Below are positions 21,384 through 30,764 of a DNA stretch of 64,000 bases, in pieces; the first letter of the stretch is position 1; each line of letters begins with the position of its first letter. The notes under the pieces are model-generated. The model was not told where the DNA came from. It was given only the letters and a program-made list of their open reading frames with translations, and made no database searches. The stretch comes from an uncultured Bacteroidota bacterium. GTDB taxonomy: Bacteria > Bacteroidota > Bacteroidia > Flavobacteriales > Flavobacteriaceae. A program made the position numbers and the translations under genes. Location of the stretch: assembly GCA_902535165.1 (NCBI GenBank), contig CACASE010000005.1, forward strand, positions 9,124 to 73,123, written 5' to 3'.

Positions 21384-23020
21384 AGGCTAACAGTTTTTAA
21401 TATTCGTTTTTTTATTCGTTTATATTTTTTTAGACAAGTTGAATATGTTGTATAGTTTATGAAAATTTTATCAATTATCTTTTTATGAAAATCAAAATCA
21501 ATTTTTTTTAACATTTCTAATAACTCATAATCTTCACATCCAATTCTGTGAGCTTCAAACCTAAGAGATGATAAAGGGCCCTCTTCACCAGGGTATATAA
21601 CATGAGTATCTCCTGCCGGAAGGAAATTATTTGGACCTGCAATTGGAGATGGATGTTTTATAACACTTTGAGTAAAAGGATCAGCTTTATATTGGTTCAA
21701 ACCCCAATGTAAATAGCCCATAGTATTATACTTTGAACCACCCCAACCAAAATAAACTTGTCTAATTTTTTCCATATCTAATGTCCTGTTTAGCCATTCT
21801 CCGCCAGGTACCAAACATGTATAAACAAGTACTTTTTCACCCAACTTTTCTCTTGATCTAAAAAAATCTTCATTTTCTTGAAAATCATTAATTATTGGAC
21901 ACCAAATATCAATTGCATTACCTAAGCTTTCTCTAGTATTTGTTGCTTCCATTATCTTAATTTCAGGATAGATTGTTTTGATTTGCATTGAGACATCGGA
22001 ATAGCATTTAGCATTAACTGATGTAGGCTCATCGGCAATATGTTGTAACCATTGCTTTGTTAAGTTATACTTTTCAGTAAATTTTTTGATTTTTTTTGTG
22101 ACAATTTCTATTTCATTTTTTCCTTCATCAGTATAATAGCCTACATTTCTGAGTTTTGTAATAAGTTCAGGATTTCCCCAGTCATCATTTTTACCTCTAC
22201 CTAAGAGATGTGGGGACTCGAAATATTTAAAACCATATTTAAGAAATACATTTACAAATGAAATCATTTTTTCTTCATCTAAAAAAATCTCTCCATCTTT
22301 TAGATTAATTAATTCTCCTGGTATTTTAACACAATTCTGCCTGCCAGATGCCATCATTTTAGCGTATTTGTCCAACATTATATACCATTTAGAACTCCAT
22401 CTGGTAAGATTATGATATTCCTCCATTTTAGATAAATTAAACCAGTTAGTGTAAAAGAAATTACTTGAATCAAGGTTAGGTATTAAAGCATCGTAAATAT
22501 TTATTTTAAGTTTTAAATTATATTGTATGCTGTTAATTAATATTTTAAAATCTACTTTGTGATTTTTCACCACTAAATCTTTATCAATAGGAATCTTAAT
22601 ATTAATTAAACTATAGTTTGTTTTGGTAATTATACTTTTAGAATTTAATGGCTTAATGACCTCAAAGATTTCAAAAGGTGCTCGCCTTATCACATGAGGA
22701 TTTATTAATCCTTTAAATTGTTCTGTCCTACTATCCAATCCAGTGTTTTGTTCAACAGGTACTGCGAGAACTTCACTTAGATCAACTTTATTGATTGTTG
22801 GACTTTGGTAATTAACTTCAATAATTGAATTTAGATTAGAATAAACTATTAGATTAACATCGACAGTGGTGTTTATCGCTGTATTAACAGTGTAAGATTT
22901 TGGAAATTTAGTTTTATTAACATCAGGGTAAACGGCATCTAAAACATTAGAAAAACCTACATCCTGAGCGATAGCTAGAAATGAAAAAAAAAATAGTATT
23001 GTATTAAAAATATTTTTCAT
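21380..23020 (-). CDS. secreted DUF4091 / GH123-like glycoside hydrolase domain protein
   Basis: Signal peptide ending LAIAQ. WLQHIADEP, GYLHWGLNQY and PAGDTHVIYPGEEGPLSSLRFEAHRIGCEDYELL resemble the DUF4091/GH123 catalytic-domain signature recalled from memory. Confidence 0.6.
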   Translation of the reverse strand: MKNIFNTILFFFSFLAIAQDVGFSNVLDAVYPDVNKTKFPKSYTVNTAINTTVDVNLIVYSNLNSIIEVNYQSPTINKVDLSEVLAVPVEQNTGLDSRTEQFKGLINPHVIRRAPFEIFEVIKPLNSKSIITKTNYSLINIKIPIDKDLVVKNHKVDFKILINSIQYNLKLKINIYDALIPNLDSSNFFYTNWFNLSKMEEYHNLTRWSSKWYIMLDKYAKMMASGRQNCVKIPGELINLKDGEIFLDEEKMISFVNVFLKYGFKYFESPHLLGRGKNDDWGNPELITKLRNVGYYTDEGKNEIEIVTKKIKKFTEKYNLTKQWLQHIADEPTSVNAKCYSDVSMQIKTIYPEIKIMEATNTRESLGNAIDIWCPIINDFQENEDFFRSREKLGEKVLVYTCLVPGGEWLNRTLDMEKIRQVYFGWGGSKYNTMGYLHWGLNQYKADPFTQSVIKHPSPIAGPNNFLPAGDTHVIYPGEEGPLSSLRFEAHRIGCEDYELLEMLKKIDFDFHKKIIDKIFINYTTYSTCLKKYKRIKKRILKTVSL

Positions 23021-23062
23021 TCAAATTTTCATTAATTTAAGAAAAAATTAAAACAGCTTACT

Positions 23063-23668
23063 ATGAAAAAATATTATTTATTATTCCCTCTGATAGTTTT
23101 TTTATTTTCTTGCAATAAGAATCAAAAATTAGAAACTATTTCGCTATTTAATGGTGAGAATCTAGATGGTTGGACCATTTATGGAACTGAGAAATGGTAT
23201 GTTGAGAATAATGAGCTTGTTTGCGAAAGTGGTCCTGACGAGCAGTACGGTTATTTAGGTACTGATGAATATTACGATGACTTTATTCTTGAATTAAACT
23301 TTAAACAGGAAAATAATGGCAATAGTGGCGTATTCTTTAGATCAACTGTTGATGGTACTAAAGTAAAGGGTTGGCAAGTTGAAGTTGCACCACCTGGTTT
23401 ACATTCAGGTGGAATATATGAATCTTATGGTCGTGGATGGTTAATCAAGCCTGATCAGTCTAATGATTCGGTTGTAAAAATGGGAGAGTGGAACAAGATG
23501 AAAATAAAAGTATTAGGAGATGAGGTTACAACCTGGATTAATGATTTGAAAATGATTAAAATTAATGATTCAATAATTGGGGAAGGAGTAGGTGGCGTTG
23601 CTTTACAAATTCATGATGGTGGAGGAATCAAGGTTAAGTGGAAAAATTTAAGGATTCAAAAGCTTTAA
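23063..23668 (+). CDS. DUF1080 domain-containing protein (3-keto-disaccharide hydrolase family), lipoprotein
   Basis: Lipobox VFLFSC. LFNGENLDGW, NSGVFFRS, and C-terminal ALQIHDGG..IKVKWKNLRIQKL. Confidence 0.85.
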   Translation: MKKYYLLFPLIVFLFSCNKNQKLETISLFNGENLDGWTIYGTEKWYVENNELVCESGPDEQYGYLGTDEYYDDFILELNFKQENNGNSGVFFRSTVDGTKVKGWQVEVAPPGLHSGGIYESYGRGWLIKPDQSNDSVVKMGEWNKMKIKVLGDEVTTWINDLKMIKINDSIIGEGVGGVALQIHDGGGIKVKWKNLRIQKL

Positions 23669-24717
23669 CCATAAATATCACCACTTGAATGATCATTAGA
23701 AGCACCAGTAACACTTCTTAAACAATTTACTTTACCATTAATCTTTAAATAACCTAAAAGAGCAAAAATTAAAGATTCTTTATAATTAATTATAGTTTTA
23801 TCTGGAACAATAAAATTTATTTTTGAATCATGATTAAGAGTTTTTATTAAGTTATTATTAAACGTTCCTCCCCCAGTAAGTAAAACTTTAGACCCGTTAT
23901 CAATGTTTCTTTTAATTTGAAAACTTGCATGTTCAATATATGTAGCAAGAATATCAACTACTTTAATTTTGTATTTTTCAGTTATTGGAAAAATATTTTC
24001 AATAACAAATTCAAGTCCTAAAGATTTTGGATATGATTTTTTATAATAATCCAAATCATTTAATTCATTAAATAGATCAATATTTATTACTCCTTTTTTT
24101 GATAATTTACCACCAAGATCACATTCGTAACCAAGTTTATTGGCATAATGATTTAATACTGTATTAAGAGGGCAGATATCATATGCAAAAATTGTTCTTG
24201 AATCTTTTACAGAAATATTTGTAAAACCGCCAAGATTTAAACAATATTTATAATCATCAAAAAGTAATTTATCACCAATTGGGACTAGTGGAGCGCCTTG
24301 GCCGCCAAGTTGTATATCTTGTTCTCTGAAATTATTTACAGTTTTAATATTGGTGATCTTATTAATTATTTCCCCATTTCCAATTTGTAAAGTTTTGTTA
24401 AACTCTGGTTTATGAAAAACTGTATGTCCATGAGAAGAAATCAAATCAGCTTTATATAATGTATTTTTCTTTATAAATTTTAAAACACTTAATCCAATAA
24501 ACTCACCAAACTCTTTATCAATTTGCTTGATTTGATCATTGTCCAGTTTGATAATATTTTTAAGCTTTGTTTTTAAGTTGTAATCATAATCTATAGTTTC
24601 ACAATCAATAATCTCATATTTAGACGGGTCATGATTATCAAAGGAGACGTAACATATGTCAAGTCCATCAACAGATGTGCCGCTCATTAATCCAATAATA
24701 TTTATTGAATTGGTCAT
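23665..24717 (-). CDS. anmK: anhydro-N-acetylmuramic acid kinase AnmK
   Basis: N-terminal IGLMSGTSVDGLD motif, internal LNLGGFTN, C-terminal TGGG...N. Length 350 aa. Confidence 0.92.
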   Translation of the reverse strand: MTNSINIIGLMSGTSVDGLDICYVSFDNHDPSKYEIIDCETIDYDYNLKTKLKNIIKLDNDQIKQIDKEFGEFIGLSVLKFIKKNTLYKADLISSHGHTVFHKPEFNKTLQIGNGEIINKITNIKTVNNFREQDIQLGGQGAPLVPIGDKLLFDDYKYCLNLGGFTNISVKDSRTIFAYDICPLNTVLNHYANKLGYECDLGGKLSKKGVINIDLFNELNDLDYYKKSYPKSLGLEFVIENIFPITEKYKIKVVDILATYIEHASFQIKRNIDNGSKVLLTGGGTFNNNLIKTLNHDSKINFIVPDKTIINYKESLIFALLGYLKINGKVNCLRSVTGASNDHSSGDIYG

Positions 24718-24747
24718 TAATTCAATTTAAAAAAAACTAAAGAAAAA

Positions 24748-25401
24748 TTAATTAATTACTGAGTTTAATTTTTTAATTGTAGTAGATGCATCTTCAGATT
24801 TGAAGACAAAACTTCCTGCAACTAGGATATCAGCACCTAATGAAACTAATTTTTTTGCATTATCAGTACTAACACCACCATCAATTTGGATCAATGCCTG
24901 AGACTTTTTATCTGTTATAATTTTTTTTAGCTTTTCTAGTCTCTCAAATGTATCAGGAATAAATTTTTGTCCAGAGAATCCAGGAAATACACTCATTAAA
25001 CATATCAAATCAATTTCATTTATTAAAGAATACAATACTGATACATCCGTATCAGGATTAATAGCTACTCCGGCTTTGACATTAAGTTTTTTTATTTGAT
25101 TTATGGTATTTTGAAGATTATCGCATGCCTCATAGTGAACTGTTATTGTATTGGCACCAAGTGATGCAAACTTTTCAATATAATTTTCTGGATTAACTAT
25201 CATTAGGTGTGCATCCAAGTGCTTGGTTGCATATTTCTTAAAAACTTCAAGAATTGGAGTTCCAAATGTAATATTAGGCACAAAAACACCATCCATAACA
25301 TCAAGATGAAACCAACCAGCTTCACTTTGATTTACCATTTCAATCTCCTCCTCTAACTTTCCAAAGTTGCAAGAGAGCATTGATGGAGCAATAATTTTCA
25401 T
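24748..25401 (-). CDS. rpe: ribulose-phosphate 3-epimerase
   Basis: IAPSMLSCNF, HLDVMDGVFVPN, and C-terminal IQIDGG...AGSFVF. Confidence 0.95.
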   Translation of the reverse strand: MKIIAPSMLSCNFGKLEEEIEMVNQSEAGWFHLDVMDGVFVPNITFGTPILEVFKKYATKHLDAHLMIVNPENYIEKFASLGANTITVHYEACDNLQNTINQIKKLNVKAGVAINPDTDVSVLYSLINEIDLICLMSVFPGFSGQKFIPDTFERLEKLKKIITDKKSQALIQIDGGVSTDNAKKLVSLGADILVAGSFVFKSEDASTTIKKLNSVIN

Positions 25402-25404
25402 TAA

Positions 25405-26268
25405 TTATCCTAAATATGTTTTTAAGATTTTACTTCGAGAAGTATGTTTTAGTCTTCTTATCGCTTTCTCCTTTATCTGTCTAACTCTCTCTCTTGTTAA
25501 ATCAAAGGTTTCACCAATTTCTTCAAGTGTCATAGCGTGTTGTTCATGTAACCCAAAGTATAATCTAACAACATCAGCTTCTCTTGGTGTTAGTGTTTCC
25601 AAAGCCCTTTCAATTTCAGTTTTAAGTGATTCATGAAGCAATTTTTTATCTGGATTAGGTGATTCACCACTTTTTAAAACATCATAAAGGTTAGAGTCCT
25701 CACCCTCTACGAGAGGAGCATCCATTGAGACATGTCTACCGGAATTTTTCATCGATTCTTTAACATCAGAAACAGTCATATCAAGCTCTTTAGCAATTTC
25801 TTCAGCAGACGGAACTCTTTCATTTGCTTGCTCTAGAAAAGCATACATCTTGTTAATCTTATTTATTGATCCAATTTTATTGAGAGGTAACCTTACAATT
25901 CTAGATTGTTCAGCTAGAGCTTGTAGAATGGATTGTCTTATCCACCATACAGCATAAGATATAAACTTAAAACCTCTTGTTTCATCAAATCTTTTTGCAG
26001 CTTTAATCAAACCTAGATTGCCTTCATTTATCAAATCTGGAAGCGTTAAGCCTTGATTCTGGTATTGTTTTGCAACAGAGACTACAAATCTAAGATTTGC
26101 CTTGGTTAATTTTTCTAGTGCAATTTCATCTCCAGCTTTGATTCTTTGCGCTAAATCTACTTCCTCCTCAGCTGTAATTAGGTCAACTTTTCCTATCTCT
26201 TGCAAATATTTATCTAAAGACGCGGTTTCCCTATTAGTAACTTGTTTTGTGATTTTTAATTGTCTCAT
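25405..26268 (-). CDS. rpoD: primary RNA polymerase sigma factor (sigma-70 family, Bacteroidota sigma-A type)
   Basis: 287 aa. Region 2 is [18 protein letters not shown]...[11 protein letters not shown]. Region 4 is [28 protein letters not shown]. No region 1.1, as in Bacteroidota. Confidence 0.93.
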   Translation of the reverse strand: MRQLKITKQVTNRETASLDKYLQEIGKVDLITAEEEVDLAQRIKAGDEIALEKLTKANLRFVVSVAKQYQNQGLTLPDLINEGNLGLIKAAKRFDETRGFKFISYAVWWIRQSILQALAEQSRIVRLPLNKIGSINKINKMYAFLEQANERVPSAEEIAKELDMTVSDVKESMKNSGRHVSMDAPLVEGEDSNLYDVLKSGESPNPDKKLLHESLKTEIERALETLTPREADVVRLYFGLHEQHAMTLEEIGETFDLTRERVRQIKEKAIRRLKHTSRSKILKTYLG

Positions 26269-26316
26269 CTAGTTCCTTTACTTACTTATACGAATAAAAA
26301 CTAAAAAGGTTTCAAT

Positions 26317-28437
26317 TTATTTATCTTTTTTTGGAGGTCTTTCCAATAGTAGACGCCTTGAGACTTTTTGTTTTTTGGTTTTTGAATCAAACCCTACATA
26401 TTTTACATCAACAAAATCACCTAATCTCAAGTAATCTTCAACTTTCTCAACTCTTTCCCATGCTATTTCAGAAATATGTAAAAGAACCTCTTTTCCGGGT
26501 CTAAACTCGACAACTGCTCCAAAATCTAAAATTTTAACAACTTTAACATTATAAGTTTCACCAACAACAGGGCTAAATGTAATATCCTCTATTTTTTGAA
26601 TAACAGAATCAATCATTTGCTGATCTGTTCCCATAATTTCAACTACACCTTTTTCATTTTCTTCTTCTATAACAATTGTAGTACCTGTTTCTTTTTGCAT
26701 CTCCTGAATTACTTTACCGCCAGGACCAATTACAGCACCAATATAATCACCATCAATAATCATTTTTACCATTTTTGGTGCATGAGGTTTAACTGAACTG
26801 GATGGTTTATCAATTGTTTTGTTCATTTCATTTAAAATTTCAATCCTTCCAACTCTTGCTTGTTCCAAGGCTTTTTCTAGTATTTCATAAGACAGGCCTT
26901 TAATTTTAATGTCCATTTGACATGCAGTAATTCCATTTTCGGTTCCAGTAACCTTAAAATCCATGTCACCCAAATGATCCTCATCACCTAATATGTCTGA
27001 AAGAATTGAATATCTTTCTCCATCAGATATTAAACCCATGGCAATACCAGAAACAGGGTTGGATATGTTTACACCTGCATCCATTAAAGCCATCGTACCA
27101 GAACATACTGTTGCCATTGATGATGACCCATTTGACTCTAGAACTTCTGAAACAACTCTGACTGTATATGGACAATCATCTGGAAACACTTTTCCTAATG
27201 CTCTTTGAGCTAAATTTCCATGACCAATTTCTCTTCTTGACGTTCCTCTAAGAGGCCTAGCTTCACCAGTTGAGAATGGAGGGAAATTATAATGTAAATA
27301 AAAATTTTCCTCTCCCTGATTTGTAGGAGAATCTATAATATTAGCATCTCTAGATGTTCCAAGTGTAACTGTTGCTAACGCTTGAGTTTCTCCTCGAGTA
27401 AAAATTGCGGAGCCATGAGTAGAAGGTAAATATGCTACCTCACACCAAATTGGCCTAATGTCTGTTGTCTTTCTCCCATCTAGTCTGACTCCTTCACTTA
27501 AAACTAATTCTCTTACTGCTTCTTTTTCTACTTTGGAAAAATAACTCTTAATCAAACTTTCATTTTCCTCTAATTCTTCACCAGAAAAAGACTCAAGTAA
27601 TTCCTCTCTTATTGTTGAAAATTGTTCGGACCTCTTTTTTTTGCTTAAGCCTTCTTTAGCCACACCATAACATTTATCATAACAATCTTTGTGAATTTTA
27701 CTTAACAAATCTTCATTTTCAATACCATGGTCATATTCTCTAATATTGTCAGTTCCTACTTCTTTTACTAATTCTTTTTGAGCATCAATTTGTACTTTAA
27801 TAGCTTCGTGACCAAACTTTATTGCATTAGTCATTTCTTCTTCTGAAATTTCATTAAACTCACCCTCAACCATAGAGACTGAATCATAACTAGCTCCTAC
27901 CATTATATCTATATCTGATCCTTTAAGCTGGGCTCTACTTGGATTGATTATGAATTCTCCATCTATTCTTGCAACTCTAACTTCTGAGATCGGATACTCA
28001 AATGGGATATCAGAAAGTTGAATAACAGTTGATGCTGCTAAGCCAGCAAGTGAATCTGGCATAACATCTTCATCATGAGACATAAGCTGAATCATGACTT
28101 GTGTTTCATAATGATAATCTTTAGGGAAAAGAGGTCTTAAAACTCTATCAACAAGCCTCATTGTAAGTATTTCATCATTCGATGGTCTAGCTTCTCTTTT
28201 AAAAAAACCTCCTGGAAATTTTCCAGATGATGCAAATTTTTCGCGGTAATCAACCGTCAATGGTAAAAAATCAACTGGGCTTGCTGTTCTTGATGACACG
28301 ACTGTTGCAAGCAACATCGCGTTACCCATTTGAATCACTGCTGAGCCATCAGCCTGTTTTGCTAATTTTCCTGTTTCTATAGATATAACTCTACCATCAG
28401 GAAGATTAATTTCTTTTTTATAAACTTTTGTATTCAT
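26317..28437 (-). CDS. pnp: polyribonucleotide nucleotidyltransferase (PNPase)
   Basis: Two RNase PH domains, a KH domain ([12 protein letters not shown]) and an S1 domain ([20 protein letters not shown]). Downstream of rpsO. Confidence 0.97.
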   Translation of the reverse strand: MNTKVYKKEINLPDGRVISIETGKLAKQADGSAVIQMGNAMLLATVVSSRTASPVDFLPLTVDYREKFASSGKFPGGFFKREARPSNDEILTMRLVDRVLRPLFPKDYHYETQVMIQLMSHDEDVMPDSLAGLAASTVIQLSDIPFEYPISEVRVARIDGEFIINPSRAQLKGSDIDIMVGASYDSVSMVEGEFNEISEEEMTNAIKFGHEAIKVQIDAQKELVKEVGTDNIREYDHGIENEDLLSKIHKDCYDKCYGVAKEGLSKKKRSEQFSTIREELLESFSGEELEENESLIKSYFSKVEKEAVRELVLSEGVRLDGRKTTDIRPIWCEVAYLPSTHGSAIFTRGETQALATVTLGTSRDANIIDSPTNQGEENFYLHYNFPPFSTGEARPLRGTSRREIGHGNLAQRALGKVFPDDCPYTVRVVSEVLESNGSSSMATVCSGTMALMDAGVNISNPVSGIAMGLISDGERYSILSDILGDEDHLGDMDFKVTGTENGITACQMDIKIKGLSYEILEKALEQARVGRIEILNEMNKTIDKPSSSVKPHAPKMVKMIIDGDYIGAVIGPGGKVIQEMQKETGTTIVIEEENEKGVVEIMGTDQQMIDSVIQKIEDITFSPVVGETYNVKVVKILDFGAVVEFRPGKEVLLHISEIAWERVEKVEDYLRLGDFVDVKYVGFDSKTKKQKVSRRLLLERPPKKDK

Positions 28438-28439
28438 AT

Positions 28440-28485
28440 GTTTTCATTAATTTAATGTGTTGTGTGAGTAGCAACCAATGAAAAC
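28440..28485 (-). promoter_or_regulatory. inverted repeat spanning the whole rpsO-pnp spacer (9-bp arms, 28-nt loop)
   Basis: GTTTTCATT (28440-28448) and AATGAAAAC (28477-28485) are exact reverse complements. In the mRNA the 5' arm starts in the rpsO stop codon and the 3' arm ends 2 nt before the pnp AUG. Confidence 0.35.
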
Positions 28486-28754
28486 TATTTTCTTATAGAT
28501 AACTTCTTTATGATTGATCTGTATCTTTCAATATCCTTAGTTTTTAGATAGTTTAAAAGATTTTTTCTTTTACCTACCATTTTGACCAATGATCTTTCAG
28601 TATTAAAATCTTTTCTATTCTTTTTAAGATGATTTGTAAGATGGTTTATTCTAGTTGTAAAAAGAGCTATTTGACCTTCAGCTGAGCCGCTATCCTTCTC
28701 AGATTTACCATGTTCCTTAAATAATCCCTCTTTAATACTTTTTGTTAAATACAT
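28485..28754 (-). CDS. rpsO: 30S ribosomal protein S15
   Basis: 89 aa with GSAEGQIALFT.RI..LT.HLK.N.KD pattern and conserved rpsO-pnp synteny. Confidence 0.97.
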   Translation of the reverse strand: MYLTKSIKEGLFKEHGKSEKDSGSAEGQIALFTTRINHLTNHLKKNRKDFNTERSLVKMVGKRKNLLNYLKTKDIERYRSIIKKLSIRK

Positions 28755-28772
28755 TTATCAATAATTTGTCGG

Positions 28773-28780
28773 CAAATATA
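28773..28780 (-). promoter_or_regulatory. Bacteroidota-type -7 promoter box (TATATTTG on minus strand) for rpsO-pnp
   Basis: Plus strand reads CAAATATA. It lies 18 nt upstream of the rpsO ATG, in the 44-nt accD-rpsO spacer. Confidence 0.5.
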
Positions 28781-28798
28781 GTATAATTTTTTAAAGAT

Positions 28799-29662
28799 TT
28801 AGTTGTATGATCTAAGAGGCTTATTAAGGATTAAATCTATATACATATTAATTTTCTTTTTAAGATCATTTCTATGACTTATAAAGTCAATAAAACCATT
28901 TTCTAATAGAAACTCTGATCTTTGGAATCCATCAGGAAGATCTTGTCCTGTCGTATCTTTTACAACTCTTGGGCCTGCAAAACCAATTAAAGCTCCTGGT
29001 TCTGAAATAATTATGTCTCCGAGCATGGCAAACGAAGCAGTTGTTCCCCCAGTTGTTGGATCAGTACACAATGAAATATATGGTAATTTGTTTTTGGAAA
29101 GTTGAGTTAATTTAGCAGAAGTTTTTGCCATTTGCATTAAAGAAATTGCTCCTTCCATCATCCTTGCACCGCCTGATTTTGAAATAATCAAAAGAGGAGA
29201 CTTAAATTTTATAGCATGATCAATTGCTCTAGAAATTTTCTCTCCAACAACAGAGCCCATAGAACCTCCGATATAGGTAAAATCCATTGAAGCAATAGTT
29301 ATATTTTTTCCAAATGATTTTCCATAAGCAACTTGAATTGCATCATTAAGCCCTGTTTTTTTATTAGCCTCCTTCACTCTTTGTGGATAAGATTTATTAT
29401 CAGAAAATTTTAATGGATCTGCACTTACTAGATTACCAAACAAAACCTCATAGTCGTTTTCATCAAATAAAATTTCAAAATATTCTTTTGATCCAATTCT
29501 GAGATGAAAATTGTCCTCAGGAGAAACATAATTGTTTTTGATTAATTCATCATTATCAACAATTTTCCCAGAGGGTGTTTTATGCCATAGCCCCTCTGGT
29601 GTATCTTTCTTATCTTTAGTGGTTGTTTGAATTCCTTTCTTTGTTCTTTTAAACCAAGCCAT
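28799..29662 (-). CDS. accD: acetyl-CoA carboxylase carboxyltransferase subunit beta AccD
   Basis: MAWFKR... N-terminus, then [12 protein letters not shown] and SGGARMMEG motifs. No N-terminal Cys4 zinc ribbon. Confidence 0.93.
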   Translation of the reverse strand: MAWFKRTKKGIQTTTKDKKDTPEGLWHKTPSGKIVDNDELIKNNYVSPEDNFHLRIGSKEYFEILFDENDYEVLFGNLVSADPLKFSDNKSYPQRVKEANKKTGLNDAIQVAYGKSFGKNITIASMDFTYIGGSMGSVVGEKISRAIDHAIKFKSPLLIISKSGGARMMEGAISLMQMAKTSAKLTQLSKNKLPYISLCTDPTTGGTTASFAMLGDIIISEPGALIGFAGPRVVKDTTGQDLPDGFQRSEFLLENGFIDFISHRNDLKKKINMYIDLILNKPLRSYN

Positions 29663-29677
29663 TTAAATAAATTAAAT

Positions 29678-30724
29678 TTAAAGAGTATTTATATTGTTTA
29701 AATCTTCAAAGCATTTTGTCAATCTTATGACAAAATTTTCCTCAGCTTTTCTAAGCCAAACTCTAGGATCATAATATTTTTTATTAGGGCTATCTGGGCC
29801 ATCGGGATTACCAATCTGATTTTTAAGATAATCAGTTTTTTCATTGAAATATTCACGAGTTCCCTTCATAAATGCGTATTGCATGTCTGTATCAATATTC
29901 ATTTTAATTGCACCATAGTCAATGGCTTCACGAATTTCAGAAACAGAAGATCCGGATCCTCCATGAAAAACAAAATCAATTGGATTTACCCCTAAGTTAT
30001 ATTCTTTTGAAATAAGATCTTGTGAGTTTTTCAAAATAACTGGTTTCAATTTAACATTACCAGGTTTATAAACACCATGAACATTGCCAAATGCTGCAGC
30101 GACTGTGAATTTATCACTAATCTGTGAAAGTTTATTGTATGCGTATAAAACTTCCTCTGGCTGAGTGTATAATTTGGATTCATCAATTCCAGTGTTATCA
30201 ACTCCATCTTCTTCTCCGCCTGTTACACCAAGTTCAATTTCTAGGGTCATATCTATTGCAGACATTCTTTTTAAATATTCACAACAAGTATCAATGTTAT
30301 CTTCAATATTTTCCTCAGACAAATCAATCATATGTGAACTGAAAATTGGTTTTCCAGTTAATTTAAAATTATTTTCGCTTTCATTAATTAATCCATCAAT
30401 CCATGGTAATAATTTTCTAGCAGCGTGATCTGTATGAAGAATTACAGTTGCCCCATATAATTTACTTAACTCATGAACATGTTTAGCACCAGAAATTGCA
30501 CCTTTTATTGCCGCTGATTGATCACTATTGTCTAAACTTTTACCAGCATTAAAAATTGCTCCACCATTTGAAAACTGAATAATAACAGGTGAATTTAATT
30601 TAGATGCAGTCTCAAGAGTTGCATTGATTGAATTGGATCCTATTACGTTGACAGCTGGAATTGCGAATTTATTTGCTTTAGCATGTTTAAATAAATCTTG
30701 AACCTCACTTCCAGTTAATACCAT
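29678..30724 (-). CDS. fbaA: class II fructose-bisphosphate aldolase
   Basis: FAIPAVNV, ILHTDHA, FGNVHGVYKPGNV and FVFHGGSGS motifs. Confidence 0.95.
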   Translation of the reverse strand: MVLTGSEVQDLFKHAKANKFAIPAVNVIGSNSINATLETASKLNSPVIIQFSNGGAIFNAGKSLDNSDQSAAIKGAISGAKHVHELSKLYGATVILHTDHAARKLLPWIDGLINESENNFKLTGKPIFSSHMIDLSEENIEDNIDTCCEYLKRMSAIDMTLEIELGVTGGEEDGVDNTGIDESKLYTQPEEVLYAYNKLSQISDKFTVAAAFGNVHGVYKPGNVKLKPVILKNSQDLISKEYNLGVNPIDFVFHGGSGSSVSEIREAIDYGAIKMNIDTDMQYAFMKGTREYFNEKTDYLKNQIGNPDGPDSPNKKYYDPRVWLRKAEENFVIRLTKCFEDLNNINTL

Positions 30725-30740
30725 TTGTACTATTGATTAA

Positions 30741-30748
30741 CAAAACTA
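30741..30748 (-). promoter_or_regulatory. Bacteroidota-type -7 promoter box (TAGTTTTG on minus strand) for fba-accD
   Basis: Plus strand reads CAAAACTA. It lies 16 nt upstream of the fba ATG. Confidence 0.45.
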
Positions 30749-30764
30749 ATAAGAATATATTTAC

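Noticed and set aside
29500-29662. AccD N-terminus lacks the Cys4 zinc ribbon present in E. coli AccD.
   Set aside because: The MAWFKR...GLW.K.P.GK... cysteine-free N-terminus matches what I recall as the normal form in Flavobacteriia. It is a lineage trait rather than a peculiarity of this locus.
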